NCBI GenBank assembly: GCA_027491395.1
Contig: JAOZFI010000006.1
Coordinates: 1-64,000, forward strand
Length of the DNA stretch: 64,000 nt
Reading direction: 5' to 3'
Source: Thermoproteota archaeon
GTDB taxonomy: Archaea; Korarchaeota; Korarchaeia; Korarchaeales; Korarchaeaceae
The notes below the pieces were generated by a model. The model was not told the DNA's origin. It saw only the letters and a list, made by a program, of their open reading frames with translations, and did no database searches. A program made the translations under genes and the position numbers. This document shows positions 60,139 through 64,000 of the stretch, piece after piece. Within the stretch, counting starts at the first letter, position 1. Every line of letters starts with the position of its first letter.

Positions 60139-60927
60139 TTGCCTATAAAGGAGGGCGACACTGCCCTCCTAGTTGTTTACAGTAAGAAGGGAAGAGCCAA
60201 GAAGTTCCTAGTTAGGATCAAGGAAGGTAAGAGGGTTCACACCCATAAAGGATATGTGGATCTCTCTCTACTGATCGGGAAGGATTGGGGATTGATTGTC
60301 CAAACTAATAAGGGCGTTCCAGTCGAGGTGCACAAGCCAACACTATCGGATATCATCGAGAAGCTGGGTAGAGCCACCCAGATAATATATCCCAAGGACT
60401 CGGGGTTCATCTTACTGAAATCAGGGATCAAACCAGGAGATAAGGTGGTCGAGATAGGAACGGGATCCGGAGCCCTGACCATAGTGCTAGCCACATTTCT
60501 GGGTCCCGAGGGGAAGGTGTACAGCTACGATGTGAGGGAGTCATCACTCAAGATGGCGGAGAGGAACTTGAAGGCCCTGCAACTGACCAACGTCATCCTG
60601 AAATTGAAGGATGCGAAGCAGGGGATAGATGAAGAGGACGTGGATGCAGTGTTCGTAGATGTACCCGATCCTTGGGAACTCCTCCCTATGATCCACGAGA
60701 GGCTGAAGCCCAACGGCATCTTCATTGCCTTCGTTCCCTCCTGTGAACAGATAAGCAAAACCGTAGTGAGGGCTAGGGAAGCGGGGTTCAGTATGGTAGA
60801 AGTTCACGAGATATTGGACAGGGAGTATGAAAGCGATGAAAGGAGGACTAGGCCCTATCCCAGAATGATAGCGCACACGGGCTTCATAATAATCGGTAGG
60901 AAGATTAGCCTGCCCTCCTCAGCCTGA
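60139..60927 (+). CDS. trmI: tRNA (adenine-N1)-methyltransferase TrmI
   Basis: TQIIYPKD, E.GTGSG, D.PDPW, R.RP...M..HTGF. Confidence 0.95.
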   Translation: MPIKEGDTALLVVYSKKGRAKKFLVRIKEGKRVHTHKGYVDLSLLIGKDWGLIVQTNKGVPVEVHKPTLSDIIEKLGRATQIIYPKDSGFILLKSGIKPGDKVVEIGTGSGALTIVLATFLGPEGKVYSYDVRESSLKMAERNLKALQLTNVILKLKDAKQGIDEEDVDAVFVDVPDPWELLPMIHERLKPNGIFIAFVPSCEQISKTVVRAREAGFSMVEVHEILDREYESDERRTRPYPRMIAHTGFIIIGRKISLPSSA

Positions 60928-61234
60928 ATACTATCTCATACTCCCCTAGCTCCAGCTCTGCGACAGCTACCTCCTCGGAGATCGTCCTAGAGAGATCGAT
61001 CTCCCATTCTCCCTCCGATACCTTCCTCAGGAAGGCCTCCTCTATCAGTGACGGGACCCCGCTTTCAGGGACCTCGCGTTCAACCCCCTTTTCAGATCCT
61101 TCGCTAACCCTGTAGACAACGAATTCCAGATCCCTCGAACCACAGGACGGGCAAGTTTCCGGAAGGATCTCATTTGATCCCTCTAGATCCTTCTGAAACC
61201 CACAGGATCTGCAAACAAGCATTGCCCTCAGCAA
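60905..61234 (-). CDS. Zn-ribbon protein OapC-like
   Basis: CRSCG...CPSCGS, G.WEIDL, G.Y.I; third gene after the GTPase. Confidence 0.75.
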   Translation of the reverse strand: MLRAMLVCRSCGFQKDLEGSNEILPETCPSCGSRDLEFVVYRVSEGSEKGVEREVPESGVPSLIEEAFLRKVSEGEWEIDLSRTISEEVAVAELELGEYEIVFRLRRAG

Positions 61235-61500
61235 GGCCCTACACCCGATATGAGGACAGAACCTCTCCTCTTAGACAGCTTCACTCCTCCTGGGTGAATG
61301 AGATACGGACCTCCCTCCGAGAGTTTCTCGATCTCCATTCCCGATGACTCGCCCTCGTGTCTGGATAGCAGGGACTCTAGGGCAGAGACCACCGCCTTGG
61401 GATCTATGGTTTTCGCTATGATAACGCTTCCTTCCATCAGGAGGCTCACCACATCACCCACGCTATCCTCGGAGAGCTCCTCTAGGAATAGTATGTTCAT
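61228..61500 (-). CDS. OapB/DUF2073-like protein
   Basis: SGMEI motif; lies between the Era-like GTPase and the Zn-ribbon gene. Confidence 0.6.
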   Translation of the reverse strand: MNILFLEELSEDSVGDVVSLLMEGSVIIAKTIDPKAVVSALESLLSRHEGESSGMEIEKLSEGGPYLIHPGGVKLSKRRGSVLISGVGPC

Positions 61501-62153
61501 CTACTGGCTACCTCCGCTATGGCCTCATAGAGGGTCTCTATATTGTCTCCCCTTAGGGCGGAGATCTTCACGACCAAGTCCTCCGAGAAGGCCTTCTCCA
61601 CTCTGTTGGGCCTGGCGTATGGGAGGTCAATCTTGTTAGCCACCACTATGTAGGGGATCCCTCTAGCCTTCAGATTTCCGGCTATCACCCAATTAACTTG
61701 GGATGTCGGGTCCTTGGTGGAGTCCAACACTATCAAGGCCACATCTACCCTCTCCATTGATTTTATGGCCTCAACCACCCCCTTAGCGGCCTCGGCAGCT
61801 CTCTCCAGTGCCTCCTCCTTCTTGAATCCGTATCTCAGGAAGCTCCTGTAAGTGACCCTCATCGCTATTCCCGGTGTATCAACGACATCCATAACTAGGG
61901 AGGAACCATTTCTCAACTTCAAGGAGACGTTCTCCATCACACTGACAGTTCTAGTCTCGTGTGGCACCCTACTCACAGTCCCGAGCTTCTCTCCCACGAA
62001 GTCCATGCATATCTTGTTGGCTAGGGTGGTCTTCCCGGAGTTAACCGGACCGTAAATGCCCAGTATTATCCTCTTCCTTCTGCGAAAGAGCCTAGAAAAT
62101 ATTCGAGAAAGAAACCCGCCACTCTGTTTCGGCTCCACGAGTCTAGCCAGCAT
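61497..62153 (-). CDS. Era-like GTPase OapA
   Basis: GIYGP.NSGKTTLAN, PHETR, DTPG, RA.EA.KGV, NKIDL, ISAL. Confidence 0.88.
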   Translation of the reverse strand: MLARLVEPKQSGGFLSRIFSRLFRRRKRIILGIYGPVNSGKTTLANKICMDFVGEKLGTVSRVPHETRTVSVMENVSLKLRNGSSLVMDVVDTPGIAMRVTYRSFLRYGFKKEEALERAAEAAKGVVEAIKSMERVDVALIVLDSTKDPTSQVNWVIAGNLKARGIPYIVVANKIDLPYARPNRVEKAFSEDLVVKISALRGDNIETLYEAIAEVASR

Positions 62154-62228
62154 TTTCCCATATAAGCAGCTTCCACTGCCGTTATAAAGGGCCTAACTGG
62201 GATGTAATGCGCCTTAAATATCGGACTC

Positions 62229-63560
62229 CTAGCTCAGCTGGACTACCTCCCCTAACCTAGGAATGTAAGTCCTAATACCCCTCTTTTCCAGCTTCCTTCT
62301 CAACTGACGCATCTTGTCTGGCTCTCCATGGACCAGAATAACTTCTCTAAGCTCGCTTTCACTTAACTTCGATACGAAATTTATCAGGTTTGGTTGGTCT
62401 GCGTGGGCGGAGAAGTCAGCAAACTTGACATCTGCCTCTATGCGTATCGTACTGCCGTCGGGCATGGGTATGTCCCTCTCACCATCCATCAACAGCCTGC
62501 CTCTAGTTCCCTTGACCTGATACCCTGTCAGATAGATCAGGTTCCCTCTCTTCGTCCCGAAGTGCTTCAAGTATGTGAGAACCGGGCCTCCTTGGAGCAT
62601 TCCAGACGTAGTTACCACTATGAAGGGTTCACTGAGATCCAAGATCTCATCCCTGCTCCAGACCTCCTCTATCGCCCTGTGATCGAACAGGCCTTTCTTG
62701 CTCTCTCTCACTCTCCTCTGCAGCTCAGGCCTCAGCCAGGACCAGTAAATGGTGTAGAATTTGGAGACCTCCCTGATCATGCCATCAACGAATATCGGAA
62801 CCTCAGGGAGGAACCCGGACTCCATATAATGGATGAGCGTCAGAAGGACCTCTTGAGCCCTTCCTAATGCGAAAGCGGGGACGATCGTCACGCCACCTGA
62901 CTGGATAACGGATCTTATGTCCTCGACGAACTTCCTCTCCACCTTCCTCCTAGAGGGGTGGACATCTTGGTCTCCGCCATACGTACTCTCTATTACGAGG
63001 TAATTCACTTCCGGAAGGTTTACATCTGCGCCCCTGAGCGTCCTAGTATTTGATGTGTTCAGATCGCCTGTGTACAGGAGGGAAATCCCGTCAGGCGATC
63101 TCAAGTATATCATCGCGGAACCCAGTACATGCCCCGCGTTGAAGGGGATGACCTCCCAGCCGTCCACTTGGGTGGACATGCCGAATCTGATAGACCTCTC
63201 TCTCTTCTTTAGCAACCCTATATCCTGATTAGTGAAGGGCTTCGGTTCATCCTCAGGAAATAGATTAAGGAAATCCCTCAATAGGATCTCGGACACATCT
63301 ACAGTGGGAGGGGTAGCTAGGAAGTCGCATCCCCATTTGGATACTACGGCGGGGGCGTACCCTGAGTGATCTAGGTGAGCATGGGTCAGCACTAGGGAGC
63401 TGACGTCACGCTGAGGATCCAAGGGGAATTTGTCCCTGCCCCTCCCTCCGAAATCGACACCGGAATCGAGTATGATCGACCCTTCCCTCCTGATCACCTC
63501 TAAGCTGGACCTCCCTACCCTCTCGGCGGCTCCCAAGAACCTGAGCTTAATCTCGCTCGT
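62229..63560 (-). CDS. MBL-fold beta-CASP ribonuclease (CPSF-like); probable ACG start at 63560
   Basis: FLGA..RVGRS, THAHLDHSG, AGHVLG, YTGD, ESTYG, FSAHAD, VHGE. Confidence 0.92.
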   Translation of the reverse strand, partial: TSEIKLRFLGAAERVGRSSLEVIRREGSIILDSGVDFGGRGRDKFPLDPQRDVSSLVLTHAHLDHSGYAPAVVSKWGCDFLATPPTVDVSEILLRDFLNLFPEDEPKPFTNQDIGLLKKRERSIRFGMSTQVDGWEVIPFNAGHVLGSAMIYLRSPDGISLLYTGDLNTSNTRTLRGADVNLPEVNYLVIESTYGGDQDVHPSRRKVERKFVEDIRSVIQSGGVTIVPAFALGRAQEVLLTLIHYMESGFLPEVPIFVDGMIREVSKFYTIYWSWLRPELQRRVRESKKGLFDHRAIEEVWSRDEILDLSEPFIVVTTSGMLQGGPVLTYLKHFGTKRGNLIYLTGYQVKGTRGRLLMDGERDIPMPDGSTIRIEADVKFADFSAHADQPNLINFVSKLSESELREVILVHGEPDKMRQLRRKLEKRGIRTYIPRLGEVVQLS

Positions 63561-64000
63561 TCTTACGCACCTCCTGAATTAGTCTTTTAGCTCTCTCAAA
63601 TTCCAGACTTGCTATCTCATGTCCGGCCCCGATATATGTGTTCGGATCTCTCAAAGCCTCCACTTCCTCAGGAGTTAAGAGACCTCTTATGGTAGGGTCC
63701 TCCAAGGCGACCTTGAATAAGGGGTCTCCCCGCTCGTAGGATGTCATCGCTATCCTCCTCACTAGCTCGTGGGACTCCTGTCTTCCCAAGCCCTTCTTCA
63801 CTAGGGCTATCATCAACCTCTCACTCAAAGCTAGGTCAGAGTACTTTGAGAGGTTCTCCCTAATCCGGTCCTCATTGATCACCAGATTTCTAATCACATC
63901 GGTAAGAGAGATGAGTTGCTCTTCCAGCAGCAGGAAAGCTTCGGGCAGGAAACACCTTTCTGCAGAACTATTCGTTAGATCTCTCTCATGCTCGAGCACT
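63547..64000 (-). CDS. purB: Adenylosuccinate lyase, C-terminal part (runs off window)
   Basis: HERDLTNSS.ER, L..KG.GRQ..HE, P..YIG. Confidence 0.9.
   Translation of the reverse strand, partial: VLEHERDLTNSSAERCFLPEAFLLLEEQLISLTDVIRNLVINEDRIRENLSKYSDLALSERLMIALVKKGLGRQESHELVRRIAMTSYERGDPLFKVALEDPTIRGLLTPEEVEALRDPNTYIGAGHEIASLEFERAKRLIQEVRKNERD

Overview
Archaeal chromosome segment. Gene content (PolD, L15e/exosome superoperon, oapABC, GGGP synthase), AGG-rich codon use and gene order suggest a thermophilic Korarchaeota-like organism; this is an inference with no database check. Positions 1-~690 are the 3' end of 23S rRNA. Positions ~700-18300 form a more AT-rich accessory island interleaved with RNase P RNA and initiator tRNA-Met. 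It holds two circular-bacteriocin-like (putative archaeocin) clusters: precursor + SpoIIM/DUF95 + Yip1-like + ABC exporter, and precursor + M48 peptidase + SpoIIM + membrane protein. It also holds several toxin-antitoxin loci (HEPN-MNT, two hicBA copies, decayed vapBC, Fic), a free-standing HTH-LAGLIDADG nuclease and many pseudogenes. Positions 18300-64000 are housekeeping genes, including a cdc6/orc1 gene with a candidate replication origin. Top observations: (1) the two complementary circular-peptide clusters; (2) a tRNA-Arg-type body with a Ser (GCT) anticodon lying in frame inside the 5' end of a protein ORF; (3) a tRNA-Ser with a D-loop intron; (4) CGCGCG hexamers at island junctions; (5) unusual peptidyl-transferase-centre bases; (6) a probable ACG start codon; (7) a 162-bp gene-conversion tract between the ECF ATPase genes. 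All calls are by eye and motif recognition.
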